IMG/VR virus record: IMGVR_UViG_2563366803_000007
Span: 1 to 42,967 of that record
From: a virus
Taxonomy: Duplodnaviria; Heunggongvirae; Uroviricota; Caudoviricetes
DNA length: 42,967 nt
Strand: one strand, 5' to 3'
Shown here: positions 1 through 8,451 of the stretch, piece after piece
Layout of the letters: every line of letters starts with the position of its first letter
Numbering within the stretch: the first letter of the stretch is position 1
Notes under the pieces: generated by a model
The model's input: only the letters and a program-made list of their open reading frames with translations
Databases searched by the model: none
What the model was told of the DNA's origin: nothing
Program-made: the position numbers and the translations under genes

Positions 1-105
1 ATGATTTACATCGGTCTACCGCAATGGTCGCATCCTAAATGGGTGCGGTTGGGGATCACCAGCCTTGAAGAGTATGCCCGCCACTTTAACTGCGTGACGC
101 GGTAA
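1..105 (+). pseudogene. 5' fragment (34 codons) of a host DUF72-family gene (yecE-like), ending in a stop at the prophage junction
   Basis: ORF MIYIGLPQWSHPKWVRLGITSLEEYARHFNCVTR* is far shorter than the family; everything downstream is phage-like; resemblance to E. coli YecE N-terminus is from memory only. Confidence 0.4.
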
Positions 106-268
106 ATTTAAAAATCGACAAATATCGTCCAGGAGCGCCATTTTTAATGGCTGGAGATAGCATCCAACATAAGTTGTTTGCAATGTTTGGCGAAATTCAC
201 TGATTTCTCATGCCCCACCCATGCCCCAAGACGCCTGCCACGCGAAATCTTCCATCAATTGACAGCAA

Positions 269-586
269 CTAAACAACCGCATTGTCCTGGCGCACATCGC
301 AGATAGTAAACGTCACTACACCGATGACAGTAACATCGTCCAGGGCCTCGCCCTCGATCGCTTCACCATCTACGGTAATCAGCGACTTTCCTCTCAGCGT
401 AGCAAGTTCAGTGCCGCCGCCGTGCTGGATCAGAACCTGACTACCTTGCTTTGGCTTCAGGGAGATATCCAGCACAACGTAACCACAAGATTGCTCGAAG
501 ACGAGCGTATTTGGACCAACATTGCAGATCGAGTTAACCGTTAATCGCTGTTCCGTGTAGTCCGTCGCGGGTGATGGAAAGCCCAT
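269..586 (-). CDS. UmuD'-like protein (105 aa) beginning at the position of the UmuD cleavage site; no SGDSM-type catalytic motif seen
   Basis: Translation starts MGFPSPATDYTEQR, matching the UmuD/MucA region GFPSPAADYVEQR; C-terminal DDVTVIGVVTFTI resembles the UmuD C-terminal strands; ATG overlaps upstream stop (TAATG) with GGGAGGG RBS. Confidence 0.5.
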   Translation of the reverse strand: MGFPSPATDYTEQRLTVNSICNVGPNTLVFEQSCGYVVLDISLKPKQGSQVLIQHGGGTELATLRGKSLITVDGEAIEGEALDDVTVIGVVTFTICDVRQDNAVV

Positions 587-825
587 TACAGAACCCTCCC
601 CATGTTGGCCATCATCCACAGCCGGTTTTCGCTATGGTCGGTGGTTTTGTCGATGAAATACGTTTGTTCCCGCGCGATCCAGGAGTTCGCCTCAACCTCG
701 GAAAAGTGGATGCCGTGCCGGCGCAGTGCGGTAACGAAGTCTCTGGTATGAAGGTACTGGAATCCCTTGGAGCTGCGCAAAATGGACTCGCGGAAAGCCG
801 CGGCGATGTCTGACTGTCGAAGCAT
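586..825 (-). CDS. Small basic hypothetical protein (79 aa), first gene of a LexA-box-controlled bicistron
   Basis: ATG at 823..825 preceded by GGAGGG RBS; LexA box about 20 bp upstream; stop overlaps start of the UmuD'-like gene. Confidence 0.5.
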   Translation of the reverse strand: MLRQSDIAAAFRESILRSSKGFQYLHTRDFVTALRRHGIHFSEVEANSWIAREQTYFIDKTTDHSENRLWMMANMGRVL

Positions 826-845
826 GACCTGCCCTCCGATAAACA

Positions 846-861
846 CTGTATTTATATACAG
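846..861 (-). promoter_or_regulatory. LexA (SOS) box CTGTATTTATATACAG overlapping the putative promoter of the 586..825 / 269..586 operon
   Basis: Matches CTGT-N8-ACAG; extended sequence ACTGTATTTATATACAGTA is close to the E. coli consensus TACTGTATATATATACAGTA. Confidence 0.6.
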
Positions 862-896
862 TATTGTTTTCGAGAGAACATATCAAGCAGCAGGTG

Positions 897-1658
897 TTAA
901 AGGACTGCCACCCCCCGATCTGACATGCGCGCTTTAACACGCGAGTAGATGCCGTCCAGATCAGATTGCGATTTCGCTGTCGCATGAATCCCATGTGATG
1001 CGTGTTCAATCGTAGCACTATAGAAATTGCTCCCCGCGTGGTAACAATCCCCGACTCCGTGATACTTTGTCGTCGTTGGCGCTGTATATGTCCCGGTAAC
1101 TGATACAACGTCAGAGCTTCCGATATAAATCAGCATGCCTGTAGTGCTCACAGCCAGAGCAACAAATATCCAGTCGCCATCAGAAACGCCTGTCGGCACT
1201 TTAGCAATACCGGAACTGAATCCCCTGACAGTGGATACCAGCTGTCCATTTGTTGGATTAATCCATAATGCTGCACCGCCGTTCGCTGCGGCACCGTCTG
1301 CGGTACCAAACAGGTAGCCACCTGTAGCCTTATATTGTACTACAGCCCAGTGAGTCCACGGGCCACCCACATCGGCAATATTGCTCACCAGTCCATATAA
1401 GCCGCCCACAACCGGCTTGAGGTAGTTTGTGCCATATGTCGGAGGATTGCCGGCACTGAGAGGCGTCAACGTCCTGCCATTAACCAGATCTATCAGACTG
1501 GAAGAATCCGGGCCAAATTCCCATTGACCAAGAGCATCGGATTCAGGAGCAGGGGTAGGCTGAGGAAATAGTGGTGTTAATTTTGATGTATCAACATACT
1601 CCGCTCCAGTAAATGGAACCGAGTAACTTAATTGCTGCAGTGTATAGGACATTACCAT
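897..1658 (-). CDS. Hypothetical protein, distal tail-fibre-associated (253 aa)
   Basis: Last gene of the late operon, overlaps the stop of the upstream spike gene; Gly/Thr/Ser-rich composition. Confidence 0.45.
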   Translation of the reverse strand: MVMSYTLQQLSYSVPFTGAEYVDTSKLTPLFPQPTPAPESDALGQWEFGPDSSSLIDLVNGRTLTPLSAGNPPTYGTNYLKPVVGGLYGLVSNIADVGGPWTHWAVVQYKATGGYLFGTADGAAANGGAALWINPTNGQLVSTVRGFSSGIAKVPTGVSDGDWIFVALAVSTTGMLIYIGSSDVVSVTGTYTAPTTTKYHGVGDCYHAGSNFYSATIEHASHGIHATAKSQSDLDGIYSRVKARMSDRGVAVL

Positions 1659-3376
1659 CCTCTCCTTATTACTTGTTCATACATCCAGTTTGCTAAGTGG
1701 GTCTGGAGTGCTGTACCCCAGTGGACGTTAGTATCATTGGCTGGGGTGTCGGCGGTCCTTAAGCTGCGGGGGACGATCCCTAATGAAACATCGGAAATAT
1801 CATCAGCGCTGGCGCTGGCATACTGAAAAGACCATGGCACACAATCCAGTACTAAATCCCCCCACTTGTCCTTCATCCAGACTGAAATTTCGCGCGAAAA
1901 ATTATTAGGCAATGTCCCTGTAACCTCTCCGGTAGCCACAACACCCGGCGTAATTGGACCACCTACTGGAGGAGTGACAAATAAAACTCTCTTTTCTTGC
2001 GTCAGCTGATAGTTATAAATGCGGGTTAATCTGTCTTTCAGATTTGCTACACGCTCAGAATAATTCGCTGATGTCAGGCCTGAAATGTCATTCCTGCCAA
2101 CCCATATCGTCATCAGATTAAAATTGAGGTCAGCAAAATCACGCTCAAAGGGTGAGCCAGGAGCGCAGTATACTGCAGAACCTGATGCTACCCTGGTAAA
2201 GGTAAATGTGCCGCCAGAAACCCTTGCAAATGCGCCATACACACCACATAGCCACCCGTTCATTGTCTGGTAGCCATTACTGGTTAGTGGCTGGCAATCT
2301 ACCAATTGACCGGTAGATGACAATATCTGGCATACTGTGACATTAACGGAGCCCGATGCAGGAATTGAGTTTCCCTCCACGGTTACCTGCGGAGGTTGAG
2401 CGCCAATTCTCGGCGCTATCATGGACGAATTCTGACCGGAAATTGCCTCTAAATTGAAAGTCCTGCCTGGCAAAAGCCCAGCCAGCGTCGTCCTCCATGC
2501 CGTAGCGCCATTTACCGTCCCCACAGATAAAGAGTCCCCAATGATAGTGAAATCTTTTGTAGGTGATATGTATGGAGAGTTTGCTCCGACTGGTTTCCCA
2601 TACGCCTTCAACTGCAGGTTTGCATGATCAAGGACCAGCAATTTTCGGCCTGCACTATCAACCTGCAAAACCTGTTCTGTTTGGTCAGTTGACGCATACT
2701 GGTACTGATCGGAGAATTTAGGTTGCAGAGTTGTATTAAGCGAACCGGAAGAAAGCATTTCAGTCCCGTAGGCTTTTATGACTTTTCCCGCATGATCTGC
2801 AACAATTAATTTTCTCCCTTCGCTATCAATTAATAAAACAGTCTCAGATTCACTATCTAATAATAGTCTTTTAAAATCAGAAAGCGCCTCAAATACATTA
2901 TCATTTGTATTGTATAGCTCTAAAAACACCGAGGAAATAAGTTGCTGCAAATATTCCTGAGACGGCATTTTTCGTCCGGTAGGCTGCAGCGTCCCGCCAA
3001 CGTTCATGACTTCGATTGCAAGCGCGCTGTCGTCCGGGCTGCGGTAATACGTGGTGCTCCCCGCCGGGATATTCGCGATGTCCGCCTGCGCCGCTGCCAG
3101 TGTCATATACTGGCGGCTGAGTGGAATCAGGTTCTGCCTGGTTTCCTCAACTACAGCATCCCTTTCTTCTTGCGATGTTTCAAAGTCTGCTTGCTGCTGC
3201 GTTAGCTGGTTGCCAGCCTTAACATTAACGCCATGCAAAGTATCTAACTGTTCGCCAGTGCGTGTGGTAATGGTTTCATCGCTGCTATTAACGAACTTAT
3301 CAATAGACTGCATATTATCCCATGCATCAAGCATTGATGCAGACGGCACAGGATTGCCGGTATCGTATTCACTCAT
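1652..3376 (-). CDS. Tail fibre/tail spike protein (574 aa) with GDSL/SGNH-hydrolase-like motif
   Basis: Motif TIIGDSLSVGT (GDS-L block) in the central region; position in the tail-fibre cluster; GGGG RBS before ATG. Confidence 0.55.
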   Translation of the reverse strand: MSEYDTGNPVPSASMLDAWDNMQSIDKFVNSSDETITTRTGEQLDTLHGVNVKAGNQLTQQQADFETSQEERDAVVEETRQNLIPLSRQYMTLAAAQADIANIPAGSTTYYRSPDDSALAIEVMNVGGTLQPTGRKMPSQEYLQQLISSVFLELYNTNDNVFEALSDFKRLLLDSESETVLLIDSEGRKLIVADHAGKVIKAYGTEMLSSGSLNTTLQPKFSDQYQYASTDQTEQVLQVDSAGRKLLVLDHANLQLKAYGKPVGANSPYISPTKDFTIIGDSLSVGTVNGATAWRTTLAGLLPGRTFNLEAISGQNSSMIAPRIGAQPPQVTVEGNSIPASGSVNVTVCQILSSTGQLVDCQPLTSNGYQTMNGWLCGVYGAFARVSGGTFTFTRVASGSAVYCAPGSPFERDFADLNFNLMTIWVGRNDISGLTSANYSERVANLKDRLTRIYNYQLTQEKRVLFVTPPVGGPITPGVVATGEVTGTLPNNFSREISVWMKDKWGDLVLDCVPWSFQYASASADDISDVSLGIVPRSLRTADTPANDTNVHWGTALQTHLANWMYEQVIRRGW

Positions 3377-3388
3377 GGTCGCCCCAAT

Positions 3389-3410
3389 AAAAAACCGACC
3401 ATAAGGTCAG
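3389..3410 (-). terminator. Putative rho-independent terminator between the 65-aa gene and the spike gene
   Basis: Minus-strand hairpin CTGACC-TTAT-GGTCGG followed by TTTTTT. Confidence 0.45.
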
Positions 3411-3434
3411 TTTGCTTTCTGGTAATTTAGTGAC

Positions 3435-3632
3435 TTAATTCTTGCTATTTATTTTTGAATATTCTTTATCATCGTAAAATAGCCCGTCTGCCTTGTTATA
3501 AAACATCCCTGGCTGGCAAAATACACTTTCAGGATATTCGATAAGTTCAGCACCATCATATTCATAACCGCTTTCCGCAATTATGATGTTTTTAACTATT
3601 CCACTTTCAATGACTGCGTAATTACCTGCCAT
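3435..3632 (-). CDS. Small acidic hypothetical protein (65 aa), possible fibre assembly factor
   Basis: ORF start overlaps stop of the upstream fibre gene; function unknown. Confidence 0.4.
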   Translation of the reverse strand: MAGNYAVIESGIVKNIIIAESGYEYDGAELIEYPESVFCQPGMFYNKADGLFYDDKEYSKINSKN

Positions 3633-4501
3633 TATGCGTACTCCTCAATGATGACATAGCCGTTAGCGCCCTTCCCTGATGCCCTGGCGATTGAGTCATA
3701 TGATGCGCCAGCACCACCTCCACCAGGGAAAAATCCATCATCACCGGATGAACTAACGTGTGGAAGGCCACCATAACTACTGTGCGATGCGCCACCTACA
3801 CCACCCAGGCTTACACCTGATCCTCCCTGTCCTCCCTGACCAGCCACTGAGAATATTGTCCCAACAGATGGAGCTCCCGGAATTCCGCCAGCAGAATTAC
3901 CAGCAGACTTTCCCCCCTTACCACCGCCAGCAGAGATACCCAACGCGGTAATGGTAGTGTCTCCCCCATCACCGCCATCCCCTGCATTCCCTGCTGCAAC
4001 TGCCGCGCCACCAGCGCCAATAACGATATTCGCCCCATTAATGGTGCTTACGTCATATAATCCCTCAACATATGCACCACCCGCCCCACTAGGTGCACCA
4101 GTCCCTGCGACGTCTGTTCCCTTACCCCCACCGCCTGCACCCCATGCTTTAATTCTGACTTTTTTAGTGCCAGCAGTTTTTACCCATGCTCCGCTAGCGG
4201 TAAAAACCTGAATGCGGAGCAGGCGTCCTTCTGCCTGATTATTAAGTGCGGACTTGAGAATATTTAGTAACGTGGCAATGTTCCCATTATCCAGGACATC
4301 GCTTCCTGTGCTATCCGCCATGAATTGTGCAAGGACGGCAGCAATTGTAGAGGATTGCCGTAGTGCTTTATTTACTTGTGCTGACGAGGCTTTGCCGGAA
4401 AGAAAACCAGATGCCAGTACAGATAGCGCTTCATAATCAGCCTGTGATAATACGTTTGCCCCGCTACCAGTAGCGAAGGGTTTAAAATCGTTAGTCGCCA
4501 T
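3632..4501 (-). CDS. Tail fibre protein with glycine-rich repeat region (289 aa from ATG at 4499..4501)
   Basis: N-terminus MATNDFKPFATGSGANVLSQADYEAL; long Gly-rich GAGGGGKG/GGDGGDGG tracts; TAATG overlap with upstream gene. Confidence 0.55.
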   Translation of the reverse strand: MATNDFKPFATGSGANVLSQADYEALSVLASGFLSGKASSAQVNKALRQSSTIAAVLAQFMADSTGSDVLDNGNIATLLNILKSALNNQAEGRLLRIQVFTASGAWVKTAGTKKVRIKAWGAGGGGKGTDVAGTGAPSGAGGAYVEGLYDVSTINGANIVIGAGGAAVAAGNAGDGGDGGDTTITALGISAGGGKGGKSAGNSAGGIPGAPSVGTIFSVAGQGGQGGSGVSLGGVGGASHSSYGGLPHVSSSGDDGFFPGGGGAGASYDSIARASGKGANGYVIIEEYA

Positions 4502-5274
4502 TAAAATCTCTCTCCCCATGACCCGCGGTCGAAGCCAGCGATATAGTCATTTTCGATATCGAAGCCAAAAAACTGATAACCATCACTGACGGTCTCTATT
4601 TCACGGACACGAACCCCTGCGGCTTTAACCGTCATATAACCGTTCCGAATCGCCCACCATAGCTCGCTGTTAACCTGGTCAATCGGGTTAATGTCATAGC
4701 GCGATGGTACGTAACCTGCCGGTAATGCGATAAAGGGGCCTTTATTGACGGCGCTATCCAGAATTAACCGGTCTATTTCACTTAGAGCTACCGATGGGTC
4801 ACCGAGTATCCAGATAGAAATCGACATATCCTGGTTGTCGACAATAGCCATGCGGATCCCAGACCCGGCAAGGGCGGCATCAAGAATTGAAGGCAGCGAA
4901 TCGTTCTGACCATCCCAGTTGTTTATCGCCACTTTCACCTTCAGCATTAGCCGATATATTTCATCGCTTAGATCGATAAAACCGTCGTTTGGGTCATATG
5001 GTCCCTGCCAGACCCCCTGATCCCAGCCAACCCGTTCGGTGTCCCACGAAAAATAAATCCCGGTTACCGGTGTAGCCACGCGACGGGAACGACCAACCCA
5101 TTCGCCCACAACGTCGAGTTGCACGCCAATGGCGGTATCAATATCAAAATCGGGTATTAGCCGTGACATGGCATCGGAAACATCGCTCAGTGGCCTGGTG
5201 GACAGGTCAACGTGTGCAAAGAACTTTGGTTTACCGGCGTGGTAGTTGGTTATGCGGTCAGTGTATCTGCTCAT
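4501..5274 (-). CDS. Tail/baseplate protein (257 aa)
   Basis: Translationally coupled between baseplate J-like gene and tail fibre. Confidence 0.5.
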   Translation of the reverse strand: MSRYTDRITNYHAGKPKFFAHVDLSTRPLSDVSDAMSRLIPDFDIDTAIGVQLDVVGEWVGRSRRVATPVTGIYFSWDTERVGWDQGVWQGPYDPNDGFIDLSDEIYRLMLKVKVAINNWDGQNDSLPSILDAALAGSGIRMAIVDNQDMSISIWILGDPSVALSEIDRLILDSAVNKGPFIALPAGYVPSRYDINPIDQVNSELWWAIRNGYMTVKAAGVRVREIETVSDGYQFFGFDIENDYIAGFDRGSWGERF

Positions 5275-6467
5275 GAGACCACCAGATTAATATTGCTGAC
5301 GGCGCAGGATGCTGACTGGTCAAAGGCAATATCCACGTTTGCCGCGGCTACGCCACCGGCAGACGTCCCGATCAGCAACTCGGTAATGTCGTAATACCTG
5401 GCATTACCACCACTGACAACACCAAGGTTAGCCGGTGAGTAAACGCGACTGAGAAGAACGCTGGCGCCGATTGCCAGTGAGTTAATGTAGGCAGATACAG
5501 CCGCCTTTATCTCTTCGCCGACCTGGGATGTGTAGCCCGTAAGGGGTTCGATAGTGATTTTGACGTAAATGGGTACATCGACCGGCCTTGAAAAACCTAC
5601 CGGGTGAGGGTTTCCGTACTTATCAGGCACAACAATCACCGTACTACCGTAGGGTGTTACGCCCTGCCCTTTCACACCACGAATGCTGTTTGCAATGACC
5701 GTCGCATCACCACCTTCTACAATGGCGGCGATTGAGTGCGGCGGCAGGCCATTTGCATCAGTGTTATCTGTATCGTTCTCATACAGCTTGTGACGGGTTA
5801 CGCCGCTGATATTTGCTATCGCACCATCTACCGCCTCAAACGGCGTCAGAGATGGTAAAGCAACGCTCTGTGATTGCCGGACACGCAATTCAGCATTTGT
5901 TTCGGCAGCAACGCCAACGGTAGCCGCTTGAGGGTTAGTTACTGATACCCAGCCACGTGTCGGGGTGTTTATCTTATTGACTGACCCGGCAGGGGCCGCC
6001 ACAGCGCCAGCAACAGAACACGTCGCTGTAGCAATAACCGTCCCATCAATACCAATTGTCACCTGAGCAGGAAGATTCCAGATGATGCCGTTGGCATCTT
6101 TCACAGAGCCGTTTGTGATTAACGTTCCGGCCTCACCTTCGATCAGCTCATCGACCGTAGAATTTGTCGCAGCCCGGCGAGCGATGCCGTTAATTTTGAC
6201 GTTACTGGTTAATGCATCGTCCAGCGCCGTCGACGGAGAAAATGACCGGTAAACAGAAATAGCCGTGTTGTTGGCATCATGAATGGCCAGAGCCACCAGA
6301 GCGACCATCTGGCCGTCTTTGCTGTCCGGGTCGAGATAGGCATCACTGCCATAAATCTGCTGAAAATAGCTAATCAGGGTGCTGAGTATCGTCTGATAAT
6401 CAGGCGCACTTATCCCCTCAGCGGTTACCGTTGCCGATAAGCCGAGTGTGTCGAGGTCCAGAGCCAT
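5271..6467 (-). CDS. Baseplate J-like protein (398 aa)
   Basis: Size and position in the baseplate cluster; call from memory of the family. Confidence 0.55.
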   Translation of the reverse strand: MALDLDTLGLSATVTAEGISAPDYQTILSTLISYFQQIYGSDAYLDPDSKDGQMVALVALAIHDANNTAISVYRSFSPSTALDDALTSNVKINGIARRAATNSTVDELIEGEAGTLITNGSVKDANGIIWNLPAQVTIGIDGTVIATATCSVAGAVAAPAGSVNKINTPTRGWVSVTNPQAATVGVAAETNAELRVRQSQSVALPSLTPFEAVDGAIANISGVTRHKLYENDTDNTDANGLPPHSIAAIVEGGDATVIANSIRGVKGQGVTPYGSTVIVVPDKYGNPHPVGFSRPVDVPIYVKITIEPLTGYTSQVGEEIKAAVSAYINSLAIGASVLLSRVYSPANLGVVSGGNARYYDITELLIGTSAGGVAAANVDIAFDQSASCAVSNINLVVS

Positions 6468-6820
6468 TACGCCTCCGAAGTTACTGTGGTTGTCCCGTAG
6501 ATGGTTTCCACCGTTGCTGTGAACGTTACACGGCGCGTGGTACCGTCAACGGTAGTGTTAAATGCAGTGATTGAGCTAACCCCCTGCGTTTCGAGGATCC
6601 GCTTACGGATAGCGAGGTTGTAGGTATCCGGTTTTTGCTTACCCAGAACGGACTGAATCCACGGGGTTCCCTCCGTGGTATCGAGGAACCACTGCCCGTA
6701 CCAAAGCAGAAAGCGCGTTTTTATGGCCTGCGCGACAGCCTCTGGGGAGTTAACCAGCCACGTATCATCGCCCTGACCGAAGGTGTAATCCCCATCGTCA
6801 TCTTCTCGACGGTATCGCAT
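6467..6820 (-). CDS. Baseplate W/gp25-like protein (117 aa from ATG at 6818..6820)
   Basis: GGAGGA RBS 5 nt before the internal ATG; ATG overlaps stop of upstream gene; the track ORF extends further upstream. Confidence 0.5.
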   Translation of the reverse strand: MRYRREDDDGDYTFGQGDDTWLVNSPEAVAQAIKTRFLLWYGQWFLDTTEGTPWIQSVLGKQKPDTYNLAIRKRILETQGVSSITAFNTTVDGTTRRVTFTATVETIYGTTTVTSEA

Positions 6821-6821
6821 A

Positions 6822-7475
6822 TCATCCTCCGAGTGGTGCTGTACTGCTGCTACCAGGCTCAACGCCACCATGCGTATGCTTATCAACGACTGAGCCATCC
6901 ACCAGCTGCAGGCGGCCGTCAGAAAGAATTTTAAGCCCGTTCAGGTTAAAACCTCCCGGCGCCGTGCCGTTGATAGCTCCACTGGCAGGATTAAGGCTCA
7001 ACTTTGTTTCCCCGTCATCACTGCGCAGCTCTACCGCACTGGTGCTGATACCGCCGATTTTCTTCGCCTGCGACTGCGGGCCGACAATGCAGAAGGCATC
7101 GGATAAATCATGCATGCGCTCGTCTACCGGCTCCTGAATACCCCCACTCTGCCACCAGAAATCAATACAGCGGTCCGCAAAGATAACAAGGCATTCATCA
7201 CCAGCTTTAACAGGAAAAGTCAGCGTGCAACCTCCGCCGCGAGGGAAGATGACAGGAACATCTACCAGTAGCGGGAGGTTTACCGATACCTCGGCGCCGG
7301 ATTCGTCCTGCTCTGCGCCTTTAATGGCTGGCTGAACAACAGCGGTGACGGCGTCCGGATCAAACGACTGAATGATGCCAGGCATGGCTACGCGCATTGC
7401 AGACATGATCGCCTGCGCCAGCTGTGCGTCTGCCTGCTCTTTACTGCCGAGCTGGGAGTTTAGTGCTACGGGCAT
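6822..7475 (-). CDS. Baseplate spike/assembly protein V-like (217 aa from ATG at 7473..7475)
   Basis: Position upstream of W/J-like genes; GGAG RBS before second ATG; first ATG at 7493 directly follows a terminator T-run with no RBS. Confidence 0.5.
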   Translation of the reverse strand: MPVALNSQLGSKEQADAQLAQAIMSAMRVAMPGIIQSFDPDAVTAVVQPAIKGAEQDESGAEVSVNLPLLVDVPVIFPRGGGCTLTFPVKAGDECLVIFADRCIDFWWQSGGIQEPVDERMHDLSDAFCIVGPQSQAKKIGGISTSAVELRSDDGETKLSLNPASGAINGTAPGGFNLNGLKILSDGRLQLVDGSVVDKHTHGGVEPGSSSTAPLGG

Positions 7476-7494
7476 TTGGGTTACTCCGGGCATT

Positions 7495-7514
7495 AAAAAA
7501 CCCGCCGGAGCGGG
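7495..7514 (-). terminator. Rho-independent terminator downstream of the Doc gene
   Basis: Minus-strand hairpin CCCGC-TCCG-GCGGG followed by TTTTTT. Confidence 0.55.
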
Positions 7515-7543
7515 TTGCGATTAGAAGGGATAAACAAGGCCTG

Positions 7544-7951
7544 TCAGTATCCATAAATCGTATCAGCTAAGAGGTCGTTTTTATAATTTGATAGCAGCTT
7601 CAAGGCCAGTGCTGTGCTATCACAATCAGCCTCTCCCGTTGCTGCAAAAACTGTCAATTTTACTAACTCTATGGATGTATTAAGCTCATATCCATTCATA
7701 AGCAAAAACACACTCGCGGCCTGAAACGCGGTCCTCTTATTTGCATCATTAAAAGCATGAGATTTCGCTATAGATACCATATACATCGCAGCAAACTTGA
7801 ATAAGTCTTCACACCCTTCATACATACGCAAATTGTGGACTCTGTTAAGGGCGCCCTCCAACTTCCCTCGATCAGGTTCTCCGCTCTTCGGAAGGGTTGT
7901 TTTCTGGATGGTAATTACCTCTTCGACTGAAAGAAATACAATCTCATCCAT
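7544..7951 (-). CDS. doc: Doc/Fic-family toxin (135 aa)
   Basis: Fic motif HAFNDANKRTA; overall similarity to P1 Doc; start overlaps antitoxin stop. Confidence 0.8.
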   Translation of the reverse strand: MDEIVFLSVEEVITIQKTTLPKSGEPDRGKLEGALNRVHNLRMYEGCEDLFKFAAMYMVSIAKSHAFNDANKRTAFQAASVFLLMNGYELNTSIELVKLTVFAATGEADCDSTALALKLLSNYKNDLLADTIYGY

Positions 7952-8364
7952 TATTTATCTTCCAGTTTTTTAATGATATCTGCATGCCGTGTCTGAGTAT
8001 GTTGCAAAGCCTTGATAAACGATTCAGAAACACCCTGAAGAGCAATTGCCGTATTGGCTACCTTCGTTAAAGCTTGGCGAGCCTCATCAGACCTGAGAAG
8101 GTCATCTAATTGCTTAGTAAGCCGCATAATGCCCTCCCGCGTCTGTGGTGATATATTCGATGTAATCAACTGCGCAAGCTGCGTATCCAGTTTCTTGGAT
8201 GTAGGCTTAATTTCCTTAGCTATCAACTGACAATTGTCAGGCTCTCCACGAAGAATGAGATCAGGCTTACCCCGCTGAGTGACAGTTACACTTTCACCAG
8301 AACGCAGCAGCTCTAGCGTTGCAGATAAATCGGTTCTCATTTGTGTGTAAGTAATAGTTTTCAT
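7951..8364 (-). CDS. Phd/YefM-like antitoxin with long helical C-terminal extension (138 aa from ATG at 8362..8364)
   Basis: N-terminus MKTITYTQMRTDLSATLELLRSGESVTVTQRGKPDLIL is Phd/YefM-like; AGAGGGGG RBS; immediately upstream of Doc. Confidence 0.65.
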   Translation of the reverse strand: MKTITYTQMRTDLSATLELLRSGESVTVTQRGKPDLILRGEPDNCQLIAKEIKPTSKKLDTQLAQLITSNISPQTREGIMRLTKQLDDLLRSDEARQALTKVANTAIALQGVSESFIKALQHTQTRHADIIKKLEDK

Positions 8365-8374
8365 TATGCCCCCT

Positions 8375-8388
8375 CTGTACATGTACAG
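8375..8388. promoter_or_regulatory. Perfect 14-bp palindrome CTGTACATGTACAG overlapping the antitoxin RBS (putative TA operator); -35-like TTGACT about 20 bp upstream
   Basis: Palindrome read directly from the sequence; location typical for TA autoregulation. Confidence 0.4.
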
Positions 8389-8451
8389 ATTAGCGCATAA
8401 TTAGAAGTCAAGAGCAATGAGGCTCTATAGAAAAGTCGGGGGCTGCCGTCT

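Noticed and set aside
571-813. 80-aa plus-strand ORF opposite the LexA-regulated genes
   Set aside because: Antisense shadow of the minus-strand small-protein gene; no RBS
692-1108. 138-aa minus-strand ORF spanning the LexA box and the end of the 253-aa tail gene
   Set aside because: Overlaps the better-supported 253-aa gene and the regulatory region; no RBS and no recognisable motif
8375-8388. Palindrome CTGTACATGTACAG as a possible second LexA box
   Set aside because: Spacing is CTG-N8-CAG, not the CTG-N10-CAG of LexA sites; more likely the operator of the adjacent Phd/Doc cassette
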